Positions 51,842 to 60,760 of a stretch of 64,000 bases of DNA are shown here, piece after piece. Positions within the stretch are counted from its first letter, which is position 1. Every line of letters begins with the position of its first letter. Under the pieces are notes generated by a model. The model did not search any database. It worked only from the letters and a program-made list of their open reading frames with translations, and was not told where the DNA came from. This stretch comes from an uncultured Acidimicrobiaceae bacterium. Lineage in GTDB: Bacteria > Actinomycetota > Acidimicrobiia > Acidimicrobiales > Bog-793. Both the position numbers and the translations under genes were made by a program. The stretch lies in assembly GCA_963727645.1 (NCBI GenBank), contig CAVSHA010000002.1, forward strand, positions 9,368 through 73,367, read 5' to 3'.

Positions 51842-51985
51842 TCAGAGGCTGGGCTGAGGCGTGAAGCGCGCGTAACGCTTCACCGCCCGGAATTCCTTCG
51901 GGAACTTCCCCTTTGCGGCCCCGTTGCTCACGGCCGTCACGATGATGACACCCTCGCCCTCGTGCCAGTTGACCGGCGCGGCCAT
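51842..51985 (-). CDS. unannotated 47-codon ORF (hypothetical small protein)
   Basis: ATG 51985 to TGA 51842 encodes MAAPVNWHEGEGVIIVTAVSNGAAKGKFPKEFRAVKRYARFTPQPSL. About 41 of 46 third positions are G/C, matching real genes here. It is below the ORF-track length cut-off. Confidence 0.45.
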   Translation of the reverse strand: MAAPVNWHEGEGVIIVTAVSNGAAKGKFPKEFRAVKRYARFTPQPSL

Positions 51986-52032
51986 CGCTGTTTCCCGTCG
52001 GTGGCGCGCACCCGCTTCGTAGCCTGGGCGTT

Positions 52033-52980
52033 GTGCCCGCTGCCGCGTTCAGCTGTGTCGCTGTTCCGACCCCGTTCGCCGGGTCAGGTGCAGGCGGCCG
52101 AGCAGGATTTGGCGTCTGCGCCGTGTGCCGCGGCGCTACATCCGGCGGGCACCCGATTTGCTGGAGCTGTCACGTGGTCCGCCGACAGCTTGGGACCGAG
52201 CTCACGCGGGCCGTCCCGATCTCGCTGTTCGCTCCGGGCTCGTTGCTGCACGAGCTGCTCGTCGGCTACAAGGCGGCGCCGTCCCGTCTGGCGCGCGAGG
52301 AGCGACGAGCCCAGCTGTCCCGGCTCCTCGGCGAGTTCCTCAGCCTGCACCTGCGCTGCCTCGTCGCGCCAGCCGTCGGCCAGCACGCCGACTCGCTCGT
52401 CGTGCCTGTGCCGTCCAGCTCCCCTCCTCGCCCCTCTTGGGGCGGCGAGCACCCTCTCATCGGTGTCGTTGCCGTGGCCATCGCGACCGAGCCCGGACTC
52501 GCGTTGGCACCGATGCTCGTGAGAGGAACCGAGCCGCTCGGACACCTTCGCGCCAGCAGGCGAGGATTCCGCCTGGTCGCTCCCGTGGCCGACCGGAGAG
52601 TTCTGGTGGTCGACGACACCTACACCTCAGGCGCGCGCTCCCAAAGTGCCGCGCTCGCGCTGGCCGAGGGAGGTGCACACGTGATCGCGATCGTTCCGAT
52701 CGGTCGTCTCATCCATCCTGATCACAACAGCGCGACCGGCGCGCTGTGGGCGTGCCAGCGCCAGGAGCCTTCCGATCCCCGTCGCTGTGCCGGGCCGTGC
52801 CTGCTCTGGCCGGAGGGCACGGGCTTTGTGCGACCTAAGCCTCCGAGGCCAACTTCACGGAAGCAGCAAGCGACCAAGCCGACGGGACGCACCTACAAGG
52901 CCGATCGCGCCAAGGCATCCCAGGTAGCCCGCGTGCACCAGCAGCACCGGGCCGAGCACCCCTGTGTCAAGGCCGCGTAG
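52033..52980 (+). CDS. ComF-family / phosphoribosyltransferase-domain protein
   Basis: An N-terminal Cys pairs motif (CAVCRG...CWSC) and the PRTase motif VLVVDDTYTSGARS. The last 125 nt or so overlap the convergent permease gene, so the 3' end is doubtful. Confidence 0.65.
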   Translation: MPAAAFSCVAVPTPFAGSGAGGRAGFGVCAVCRGATSGGHPICWSCHVVRRQLGTELTRAVPISLFAPGSLLHELLVGYKAAPSRLAREERRAQLSRLLGEFLSLHLRCLVAPAVGQHADSLVVPVPSSSPPRPSWGGEHPLIGVVAVAIATEPGLALAPMLVRGTEPLGHLRASRRGFRLVAPVADRRVLVVDDTYTSGARSQSAALALAEGGAHVIAIVPIGRLIHPDHNSATGALWACQRQEPSDPRRCAGPCLLWPEGTGFVRPKPPRPTSRKQQATKPTGRTYKADRAKASQVARVHQQHRAEHPCVKAA

Positions 52981-53685
52981 CAGAGCGACGCCCTGGTAGA
53001 GCGGTGTAAGGGTCACCACGGTCCCGAGCCAGCCCGGATACGACGAAAGTGGGTAGAACACGCCTGAGAACAGGAACAACGGGACGATCGCGAGCGAGAC
53101 CAGATCGAAGTCCTGCCAGCTGCGCATGTAACAGGTTCCGAGCATCCCCACACCTCCGAAAGCGAAGCTCACCAGCATGGCCGCGGGCAAGCAGAGAACT
53201 GCCCACCAGGAGGCGATCAGCCCGAGCGCGGCCATCACCGTGAGAAATGCGATCGAGTAGACGGTGCCGCGGATGAGAGCCCAACACAGTTCGCCAACTG
53301 CGACATCGCGAACCCCCAGCGGTGTCGCCAGCACGGCGTCGTAGGTCTTGGCGATCTTCAGCTTGAAGAAGATCCCGAAGGTGGCGTCGAAGATCGCGCC
53401 GTTCATCGCCGAGGAAGCGAGCAGTCCCGGCGCGACGTAGTCGGTGTAGGGGATCGAACGCCCACCGACGGCGAGGTGACCGATGAGATGGTTCAAACCG
53501 AGGCCGATCGACAACAGGTAGAAGAGCGGCTCGAAGAACCCGGACACGAGAAAGATCCATCCGCGCCGGTATGCGACGACATTGCGCTCGACCAAGAGGC
53601 GCGCCCGGCCGCGACCAGCTCCGAGCGGTGGGAAGACCCGCAGTGGCGGCGCGAGTACCGGAACGTCCGGACTGCTCACGAGCAC
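52855..53685 (-). CDS. ABC-2 type transporter permease
   Basis: 276-aa six-TM ORF of NodJ/DrrB type, downstream of a paralogous permease and an ATPase. Confidence 0.8.
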   Translation of the reverse strand: MLVSSPDVPVLAPPLRVFPPLGAGRGRARLLVERNVVAYRRGWIFLVSGFFEPLFYLLSIGLGLNHLIGHLAVGGRSIPYTDYVAPGLLASSAMNGAIFDATFGIFFKLKIAKTYDAVLATPLGVRDVAVGELCWALIRGTVYSIAFLTVMAALGLIASWWAVLCLPAAMLVSFAFGGVGMLGTCYMRSWQDFDLVSLAIVPLFLFSGVFYPLSSYPGWLGTVVTLTPLYQGVALLRGLDTGVLGPVLLVHAGYLGCLGAIGLVGASRRLGRLLLP

Positions 53686-53689
53686 GTCC

Positions 53690-54538
53690 TCATTGCACGA
53701 GCCTGCGGCGATAGGTGGCCCTTGCGACGAGGACCCCGCCGGCCAGCATCACGAGGAGATATCCCGCGTGCCCGAGCACGTCCCAACCTCCCAGATGCCC
53801 GAGCACGAGACCTCGACAAAGGCTGACGCCCTGATAGAGCGGCGTGCATCGGGCCACGACCTGAAGCCAACCGGGCAACTGTGCGACAGGGAAGAAAGTC
53901 CCGGAGAAGAGGAAGAGCGGGACGATGCCGAAGCGGTAGAGCACCACGAAGGACTGGTCGGTCTCCCGAGTAGCGCTGAAGGCCATCACCGGAGCGGCGA
54001 AGGCCGCGCCTGTGAGGACTGCGGCCGGGAACGCCGCCACGGCCCACGCTGACGGTACCGTGCCGAACGCCGCCATCACGGCCAGGAAGACGCCTGACGC
54101 CATGGCGACACGGGTCAAGATCCACAACAGGTGGCCGTAGAGGACATCGGTCACTTCGAGCGGCGTGGCGAGCATCGCGAAATAGGTCTTCAGCCACTTG
54201 ACCCCCGCCATCACCGGGTATGTCGACTCGTTCGTCCCGATCTGCATCGCCGTCCCCGCCAGCAGCCCCGGCGCGAGGAACCAGAGGTAGGGCACGCCCC
54301 CCATCGCCCGGTCTGACCCGTGATCGATCAAGTGGCCGAGGCCGACGCCGATCGCGGCGAGGTAGAGCACCGGGTACAGGAACGTCGTGGTGAGCGAGCC
54401 CCTCCAGGTTCGTTTGTACGCGAGCAGGTTGTACTGGTATGCCCGCAGTGCGGGCGCCATGCGCACCCGGTGTGGCGGCGTCGCGGCGCCCGGAGGCGGG
54501 GTCGCCGCGTCTGGCCGTGGCGGCGGCTTAGAGGTCAA
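53690..54538 (-). CDS. ABC-2 type transporter permease
   Basis: 282-aa six-TM ORF, paralogous to 52855..53685. Its start overlaps the ATPase stop by 4 nt. Confidence 0.8.
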   Translation of the reverse strand: MTSKPPPRPDAATPPPGAATPPHRVRMAPALRAYQYNLLAYKRTWRGSLTTTFLYPVLYLAAIGVGLGHLIDHGSDRAMGGVPYLWFLAPGLLAGTAMQIGTNESTYPVMAGVKWLKTYFAMLATPLEVTDVLYGHLLWILTRVAMASGVFLAVMAAFGTVPSAWAVAAFPAAVLTGAAFAAPVMAFSATRETDQSFVVLYRFGIVPLFLFSGTFFPVAQLPGWLQVVARCTPLYQGVSLCRGLVLGHLGGWDVLGHAGYLLVMLAGGVLVARATYRRRLVQ

Positions 54539-55587
54539 TCGACAAGGCTCCGGCCGGTCAGGTGCAAGAAGACGTCCTCGAGAGTCGAGCGCCTTACCAG
54601 TGCCGCGATCGGCGACGCTCCGCGGGACCTCACGGCGTCCAGGGTGGCATCTCCCTCGTCGGTGTAGAGCAGCAGCCGGTCAGGCAGCACCTCGACGCGT
54701 TCGGCAAGATCGGCGAGCCTGTCGCCGTGAGCTTGGTGGCCCTCGGGCTCGAAACGCAACTCCACAACCTCACGGGTCGACCACTGCTCTATGAGCTCGC
54801 GAGGCGAGCCGGCAGCCACGATGCGGCCGGCGTCCATGACCACGAGACGGTCACACAGTTGCTCGGCCTCGTCCATGTAGTGCGTCGTGACGACAAGCGT
54901 CACGCCCTCCCGCTTGAGACGGTACAGGCGGTCCCAGAGCAAGTGGCGGGCCTGCGGATCGAGCCCGGTTGTCGGCTCGTCCAGGATCACGAGGCTCGGT
55001 GACGACACGAGTGCCCTCGCGATCGTGAGCCGGCGACGCATACCTCCCGACAGCGGGTCCACGCGCTCATCGGCCCTTTCGGTCAAGCGCGCGAACTCGA
55101 GCAATTCGTCGACACGCTCACGCAGCTGTTTCTTCGCAAGGCCAAAGTAGCGCCCGTAGAGATAGAGATTGTCTCTTACGGTGAGCTCGAGATCGAGGGT
55201 GTCGTCCTGAGGGACGAGGCCGATCTGGCTTCTTATCTGCGGGCCCTCGCGCATCGGGTCCAGACCCAGCACTTGCAAGGTCCCACCCGAGACGGGCGAC
55301 AAACAGGCGATCATCCGCATCGTCGATGTCTTGCCCGCGCCGTTCGCGCCGAGGAACCCGAAAGCTTCTCCCACGTGGATATCGAAGTCGACCGCGTCAA
55401 CGGCGGTGAACTCGCCGAAGCGCTTGGTCAGACCTCGGGCCCGTACCGCGACGCCGGCGCCTGCGTCGAGCCCGGGCTCAGACCCCACAGCAAGCACGCT
55501 CGGCCGGCCTCGCTGGGACCGGCCACGCGGGCCTCCTGCCTGTTGGCTCATCAGCGCATCATCACCCAAATTGATCATGAATGTCAC
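54535..55587 (-). CDS. ABC transporter ATP-binding protein (DrrA/NodI-like)
   Basis: GANGAGKTST, LSGGMRRRL and LVILDEPTTGLD. The N-terminal start is uncertain (55587, 55578 or 55551). Confidence 0.88.
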   Translation of the reverse strand: MTFMINLGDDALMSQQAGGPRGRSQRGRPSVLAVGSEPGLDAGAGVAVRARGLTKRFGEFTAVDAVDFDIHVGEAFGFLGANGAGKTSTMRMIACLSPVSGGTLQVLGLDPMREGPQIRSQIGLVPQDDTLDLELTVRDNLYLYGRYFGLAKKQLRERVDELLEFARLTERADERVDPLSGGMRRRLTIARALVSSPSLVILDEPTTGLDPQARHLLWDRLYRLKREGVTLVVTTHYMDEAEQLCDRLVVMDAGRIVAAGSPRELIEQWSTREVVELRFEPEGHQAHGDRLADLAERVEVLPDRLLLYTDEGDATLDAVRSRGASPIAALVRRSTLEDVFLHLTGRSLVD

Positions 55588-55672
55588 TTACACCGTGCCG
55601 CGTCCCGGCCCAGCCGCCGACAGGTCCCCGTTCGCTCCACCGGCTGGGGACGCGACCAGGCCCTAGACTCCC

Positions 55673-57205
55673 TTGGGCGTGCAACAAGCTCCTGTTTGGC
55701 GTGGTTTCAAGCCAGGCATCGTCGCCCTTGTCGTGAGCATGGGGGCTGCGACAGGCGCGATGCTCCCGTTTCGCAACAGTCTGAGCTTCGCGGCGGCCGC
55801 TCTCGTCTTCGTCCTGCCAGTCGTCGGAGCCATGCTGGTCGGCGGTACGGGGGTCGGACTGATCGGCGTCGTCCTCGGCTTCGTCGTGCTCGACCTGGTG
55901 TTCATCCCGCCCTATTGGACCTTGGCGGTAGGCAGCGGGCAGAACTGGCTGGCGCTGATCGTGTACGTCGCGGTCGTGGTGTTGGTCGCAACGGTCGTCT
56001 CCCGGCTGCAGCAACTCAGGACCGACTCGGCGCGGCGCGCAGCCGACTCGGCACGGCTGCTCGAGCTGTCGGAGCTGCTCGTAGCGGACAAGCCGCTCAA
56101 GGAGATGCTCGCCGTAGTTGCCTCCAGTGTCCGGAGTGCCTTCGACCTCGAGACAGTCGCCCTGCTCCTGCCTTCGATAGGGACCGGCTACCTCGAGATC
56201 GTCGCGTCCGACGGTGCCGAGCTCGGGGGCGAGTCATTGGACCGTCTCCTACCAGCCCCGGGCACCCCCGCGTCGCTCACCGGCAGCATCGTGGCCGGCG
56301 CGCTGCTACGACAGATACCGCTGACGGCGGCCGGTCGGCCTGTCGGGCTCCTCGTGCTTCGTGGACGGGCGCTCGACGTCCACGACCGTGGCCTCCTCGC
56401 TGCCTATGCCAACCACGCTGCACTCGCGATCGAACGTGCCAAGCTTCGCGACCAGGCCTTCCAGGCAGGACTCCTCCAGAAGGTGGACGAGTGGCGCGCG
56501 GCACTGGTCAGTGCTGTCGCACATGACCTGCGCACACCGCTCGCCTCGATCAAGGTCGCCGTGTCCGACCTTCGAGACCCGGCGATCGTGCTCCCCGAGC
56601 CGGCTCGCCGAGACCTGCTGGAGACGATCGAGGAACAGACCGATCGCTTGACGCGCCTCGTCAGCACCGTGCTCGACCTTTGGAGGCTCGAGGCCGGTGC
56701 GCTCAAGCCGAAACGCGAAGCTCTCGAAGTGGACGACCTCATCGATGAGGCCGCAGCACTGGTGGAGGGCCCGCTCGACAGATCGCGACTGCGCAGAGTC
56801 GTGGCCCCGGAGCTTCCCCCACTCGAGGTGGACCCCACACTCATCGCCCAAGCCCTGGCAAACCTGCTGGAGAATGCTGCCAGGCACAGCCCGCCCGACG
56901 CCGAGATCCTGGTCGAGGCGACACGCTCACGAGGGCCGGCCGATGAGGTCGAGATTGCAGTCTCCGATTCGGGCCCAGGGGTACCGCCCGACCAGCGCGA
57001 GCTGATATTCGAGCTGTTCCACCGCGGATCCGATGGCGGTCGCGCCGGCCTCGGGCTGGCTATCGCGAAGGCGTTCGTCGAGGCTCATGGCGGCCGCGTC
57101 GGAGTAGGAACGGCGCGCGGTGGGGGGGCTCGCTTTGTGCTGACAGCGCCGGCGGCCTCCTTCTGTACCGCGGAGCTTCCCGCAGACGACGAGCTCTCCT
57201 CGTGA
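55673..57205 (+). CDS. sensor histidine kinase, KdpD C-terminal type (DUF4118 membrane domain + GAF-like + HisKA + HATPase)
   Basis: Four TM helices are followed by the H-box SAVAHDLRTPLASI, the N-box LLENAARHS and the G-boxes DSGPGV...GLGLAIA. The KdpD N-terminal sensor/Usp part is absent. Confidence 0.85.
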   Translation: MGVQQAPVWRGFKPGIVALVVSMGAATGAMLPFRNSLSFAAAALVFVLPVVGAMLVGGTGVGLIGVVLGFVVLDLVFIPPYWTLAVGSGQNWLALIVYVAVVVLVATVVSRLQQLRTDSARRAADSARLLELSELLVADKPLKEMLAVVASSVRSAFDLETVALLLPSIGTGYLEIVASDGAELGGESLDRLLPAPGTPASLTGSIVAGALLRQIPLTAAGRPVGLLVLRGRALDVHDRGLLAAYANHAALAIERAKLRDQAFQAGLLQKVDEWRAALVSAVAHDLRTPLASIKVAVSDLRDPAIVLPEPARRDLLETIEEQTDRLTRLVSTVLDLWRLEAGALKPKREALEVDDLIDEAAALVEGPLDRSRLRRVVAPELPPLEVDPTLIAQALANLLENAARHSPPDAEILVEATRSRGPADEVEIAVSDSGPGVPPDQRELIFELFHRGSDGGRAGLGLAIAKAFVEAHGGRVGVGTARGGGARFVLTAPAASFCTAELPADDELSS

Positions 57206-58032
57206 CGCGCGTGCTCGTCGTTGACGACGATCCGGCGCTGTTGCGAGCGCTGCGCATCGGTTTTGAAGCGAGAGGTTTCGAGGTGATCGTGGCGCGCACC
57301 GGAGCCGAAGGGCTCTCACGAGCGGCTCAGGCGCTGCCACACCTCGTCGTGCTCGACCTGGGGCTCCCGGACATCGACGGTGTCGAGGTCTGCAGGAGGC
57401 TCCGGCAGTGGACCGAGGTGCCGGTGATCGTGCTGTCCGCGCTCGACACAGAGGATCGCAAGGTCCTCGCGCTCGACAGCGGCGCGGACGACTACGTCAC
57501 CAAGCCGTTCGGGATGCAGGAACTGGAGGCTCGCCTCAGGGTCGCCCTCAGGCACGCAGCGGCCCGCAATCCCTCGCCGTCGCCGACGACCCTGACGGTA
57601 GGCCCCATACTCGTGGACATTGGTGCGCGCGTCGTCAAGGTCGGCGACGCCCCGGTCGAGCTGACGGCTCGGGAGTTCGACCTGCTCGCCTATCTGGCCC
57701 GCAACGCTGGCAAGGTGTGCACCCACAGGACCATCCTCCGCGAGGTCTGGGGCCCCGGCTACGGGAACGAGACGCACTACCTCCGCGTCTACGCGAGCCG
57801 CTTGCGCCGCAAACTCGGTGACGAGGGCGGCCCGCTCCTGCGCACGAACCCAGGTGTCGGCTACCAGCTCGTCGACGAGCGGCCGATTCAGCCGCCGGGC
57901 GCGGGGGGCGGGGGCATAGGGCCACCCGGCCAAGGCGGCGCCGAGCCGCCCGGTGGTGGGGGCCAAGGGCCGCCCGGCGCTGGCGGCACCGAGCCGCCCG
58001 GTGGTGGGGGCCAGCCGGACGGAGGGTACTGA
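57202..58032 (+). CDS. OmpR/KdpE-family response regulator with Gly/Pro-rich tail
   Basis: MTRVLVVDDD...VVLDLGLPDIDG...DDYVTKPF plus a winged helix ...LRVYASRLRRKL...NPGVGYQL. An extra 45 residues or so of G/P follow the normal end. Confidence 0.88.
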   Translation: MTRVLVVDDDPALLRALRIGFEARGFEVIVARTGAEGLSRAAQALPHLVVLDLGLPDIDGVEVCRRLRQWTEVPVIVLSALDTEDRKVLALDSGADDYVTKPFGMQELEARLRVALRHAAARNPSPSPTTLTVGPILVDIGARVVKVGDAPVELTAREFDLLAYLARNAGKVCTHRTILREVWGPGYGNETHYLRVYASRLRRKLGDEGGPLLRTNPGVGYQLVDERPIQPPGAGGGGIGPPGQGGAEPPGGGGQGPPGAGGTEPPGGGGQPDGGY

Positions 58033-58352
58033 GGGTACTGAGGACCGCCCGGCTCGTAATCAGGGGAAGGCCGGCCGGGCCACTGCGGCTCGGGATATCC
58101 GCCCCGTCCGGGTCCAGGCCCGCCCTGGCGATAGTGCCGAAGCTCCTTGTCGACCGGCCAGTCCGAGAACGCGAAGACAAGGATCATGACGAATCCCACC
58201 AGCGGGATCAAGAGCAGGAGAGCGAACCATGCCGAGTAGCCGGCCTTGGGGAGAATCTTGACCGCGGCAACGATCACCACGGCAAGAGCGACGAGCTCGA
58301 TAAGAACTGCACCTCCACCACCGACTCGGTGCACAGCGGACAGAAACTCCAT
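57888..58352 (-). CDS. small membrane protein with Pro-rich C-terminal tail
   Basis: ATG 58352 follows GAGGTGG. Sequence is MEFLSAVHRVGGGGAVLIELVALAVVIVAAVKILPKAGYSAWFALLLLIPLVGFVMILVFAFSDWP, followed by a P/G-rich tail. Confidence 0.65.
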   Translation of the reverse strand: MEFLSAVHRVGGGGAVLIELVALAVVIVAAVKILPKAGYSAWFALLLLIPLVGFVMILVFAFSDWPVDKELRHYRQGGPGPGRGGYPEPQWPGRPSPDYEPGGPQYPQYPPSGWPPPPGGSVPPAPGGPWPPPPGGSAPPWPGGPMPPPPAPGG

Positions 58353-58530
58353 GCTCGACCACCTCTTCGTGGGTGCGCTCGCGCGCCGGCCCGGCCAGAC
58401 GCCGACTACCTGCCTTGTCGAGCGAGCGTAGACCGCAGGCAGTGCTGCCGCGCCGATTGCGAGCCTTGCGAGCCTTGACACCATGGGCATGCTCGGCTGG
58501 GCAATGCTGAGCACCAGGAGAGGAGGCCCG

Positions 58531-59214
58531 ATGTTGGGGCTCGTCACCCCGGTGCCTTATCTGGCGGCCGTATTGCTCGCAGCTGCCGTTGGCGCTGAGC
58601 TCTGCGTCCGTGCGAGACGCAGACCAGGGCCTTGGACGGTCGTCGCAGCTCGCCTGATCGCGCTCGTGCTTGTCTCCGATGCGATCAGCTTCGTCGTCTC
58701 AGAGCTGGCGGCCGGTACTTGGTCACCGAAGACCGGCCTCCCCTTCGCTCTCTGTGACGCCGCCATCCTGGTCGCCACCGCAGCGTGCTGGTGGCGCAAG
58801 TCACTCCTGGTCGAGCTCACGTACTTCTGGGGCCTGGCCGGTACCCTGCAGGCCATCATCACTCCAGATCTCAATGCCGGATTCCCCCACCTTGTCTTCT
58901 TCCAGTATCTCGCCGGCCACCTGGGCATCGTCCTTGCTGCCCTCTACCTCGTCGTAGGGATGCAGATCGCGCCCCGTCCCGGGTCGGTGATCACGACGTT
59001 CGCGATCACCCTCGCTTACACGGCGTTCGTCGGTCTCGTCGACGTGTTGAGCGGAGCCAACTACATGTTCCTTCGACGTCCGCCCGGTAACTGGACGCTG
59101 CTGAGGGTCCTCGGCCCGTGGCCCTGGTACATCGCCAGCGCCGCGGGCGTGGCACTCGTCCTGCTCACCGTGCTCGACTTTCCTTTCTGGTTAACCCGCC
59201 GCCGGCATGGCTGA
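58531..59214 (+). CDS. integral membrane protein, YwaF/TIGR02206-like
   Basis: ATG 58531 lies 4 nt after AGGAGAGGAGG. Seven hydrophobic segments with ...LPFALCDAA...FWGLAGTLQAIITPD.... Family name is from memory. Confidence 0.65.
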   Translation: MLGLVTPVPYLAAVLLAAAVGAELCVRARRRPGPWTVVAARLIALVLVSDAISFVVSELAAGTWSPKTGLPFALCDAAILVATAACWWRKSLLVELTYFWGLAGTLQAIITPDLNAGFPHLVFFQYLAGHLGIVLAALYLVVGMQIAPRPGSVITTFAITLAYTAFVGLVDVLSGANYMFLRRPPGNWTLLRVLGPWPWYIASAAGVALVLLTVLDFPFWLTRRRHG

Positions 59215-60484
59215 CAGCGCGAAACCCGGATCGCAGCTCCACCTCCACGGTTGGCGCGAGCCGGCAGTAGTGGGCACGGCATTGCTGGCGGCAGCGGCCG
59301 GTCTCGGACAGTTCGGGGCCGTCGCGGCGCTCGGCGATGTCGCGAAGCATTTCGGCCATATCTCCCACGGTGCGACGATTGCCGAGCAGGCCGGCCTGTC
59401 GGGAACCAAGCTCGGGATCGGCCTGGCCGTTCTCCGCCTCGCGTCCCTGGGCGGCCTGCCGCTCGCCGGGCTGGCCGACCGTGTCGGGCGTCGTCGGATG
59501 CTGATCTTGACGTGCGCCATTGGGCTGGCGCTCACGGCGGTGTCCGCGGTCAGCCCTACTTACTGGTGGTTCGTGGCCATCTTCGCCCTTGGGCGGCCGC
59601 TGCTCAGCGCCACTTCTGGGGTGGCACAGGTCGCCGCCGCCGAGCAGACGGCATCGTCGCAGCGGGCCAAGGCCGTCGCGCTCATTGCCGCGGGTTATGG
59701 GATCGGGTCCGGTCTGATTGCGATCGTGCACAGCCTCGCAGCCAGCACCCTCGGCTTTCGCGGTGTCGTGCTGCTTGCGCTGCTCCCCCTAGCCGGGCTG
59801 CCCTTCATCGCGCGATGGATCGTCGAGCCCGACCGCTTCAAGATCGCCGCAGCAGCCAAGGAGCACCCGCTTCCCGTGCTCGGGGCGGTCGGCCCTCTCT
59901 TCCGGGGCCGGTTGCTCATCGTGGCCGCGCTGACGTTCGCGCTGTCGGTCGTGACCGGCCCCGCCAATAGTTTCTTCTACCTGTACGCGCAGAATGTCTT
60001 GCACTTCTCCGGTACGACGACAGCACTGCTGATCGCGTCAGCCGGGATCACCGGCCTCACCGGGCTGCTGCTCGGCCGTTTCCTCGCCGATCGGGCAGGT
60101 CGTCGTGTGACCGCTGGCAGCGCGATGATCGCCATGGCGCTGTTCGGCATGCTGACCTACAGCGGGCCCGGACTCGCCGCAGCTATTGGCTACCTGCTGG
60201 CGGTACTTGCGGCGTCGGTCTTTGCCCCCGCAGCCGGGGCACTTACGAACGAGCTCTTCCCCACCTCCGTTCGGGCCTCGGTCATCGGGTGGGAGATCGC
60301 TGCGGGTGTCTTCGGGGCCACCGCGGGCTTGCTGGCCTTCGGAGCGGTCGCGGATGTCGGAAACCGCTTCGGGCTCGCGGCAATCGTGGTGTTCGCGGCC
60401 ACGATTCCCGCCACTGCCCTGTTCGCGTTGTTGCCCGAGACGCGCGACAAAGAGCCCGAGGATCTCTGGTCCACAGGCAGCTGA
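59207..60484 (+). CDS. MFS transporter
   Basis: 425-aa ORF with 12 predicted TM segments and the motif LADRVGRRRML between TM2 and TM3. Confidence 0.85.
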   Translation: MADSAKPGSQLHLHGWREPAVVGTALLAAAAGLGQFGAVAALGDVAKHFGHISHGATIAEQAGLSGTKLGIGLAVLRLASLGGLPLAGLADRVGRRRMLILTCAIGLALTAVSAVSPTYWWFVAIFALGRPLLSATSGVAQVAAAEQTASSQRAKAVALIAAGYGIGSGLIAIVHSLAASTLGFRGVVLLALLPLAGLPFIARWIVEPDRFKIAAAAKEHPLPVLGAVGPLFRGRLLIVAALTFALSVVTGPANSFFYLYAQNVLHFSGTTTALLIASAGITGLTGLLLGRFLADRAGRRVTAGSAMIAMALFGMLTYSGPGLAAAIGYLLAVLAASVFAPAAGALTNELFPTSVRASVIGWEIAAGVFGATAGLLAFGAVADVGNRFGLAAIVVFAATIPATALFALLPETRDKEPEDLWSTGS

Positions 60485-60573
60485 CCGCTGCTCGCCGAAT
60501 ATCCGGCCGGCGGCGGCGTGCTCGTCGGCGACACGGGCCACCAGACAGATGAACAGCAATGCTGGTCGGCGGG

Positions 60574-60760
60574 TCAGCGGGCGAACACGTGCCAGCCCAG
60601 CCAGATCCAGCCAATGATTAGAAGGAGCCGGCCCGCGAGATGCCCCCGCGCTGAAGCAGAGCAGCTCGGCCGCGGTTGGCCAACCATGCTCGAGCGTCCG
60701 GCTCGCCACCTCGCACATGACGAGCGCCACGGCCGCGACCATCCACGGGGCGATGTTCAC
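60574..60760 (-). pseudogene. small membrane protein (ends ...IIGWIWLGWHVFAR), frame shift at the C-run 60643-60647
   Basis: GTG 60760 overlaps the upstream stop (GTGA). VNIAPWMVAAVALVMCEVASRTLEHGWPTAAELLCFSAG is in one frame. HLAGRLLLIIGWIWLGWHVFAR-stop (TGA 60574-60576) is in the +1 frame. It resembles small actinobacterial membrane proteins I recall as DUF6186 (unverified). Confidence 0.5.

Noticed and set aside
55555-55600. AT-richer segment with TGATCA core upstream of the ABC ATPase as an operator palindrome
   Set aside because: The flanks of TGATCA are not symmetric (TTGATCATGAA versus its complement), so no convincing inverted repeat exists.
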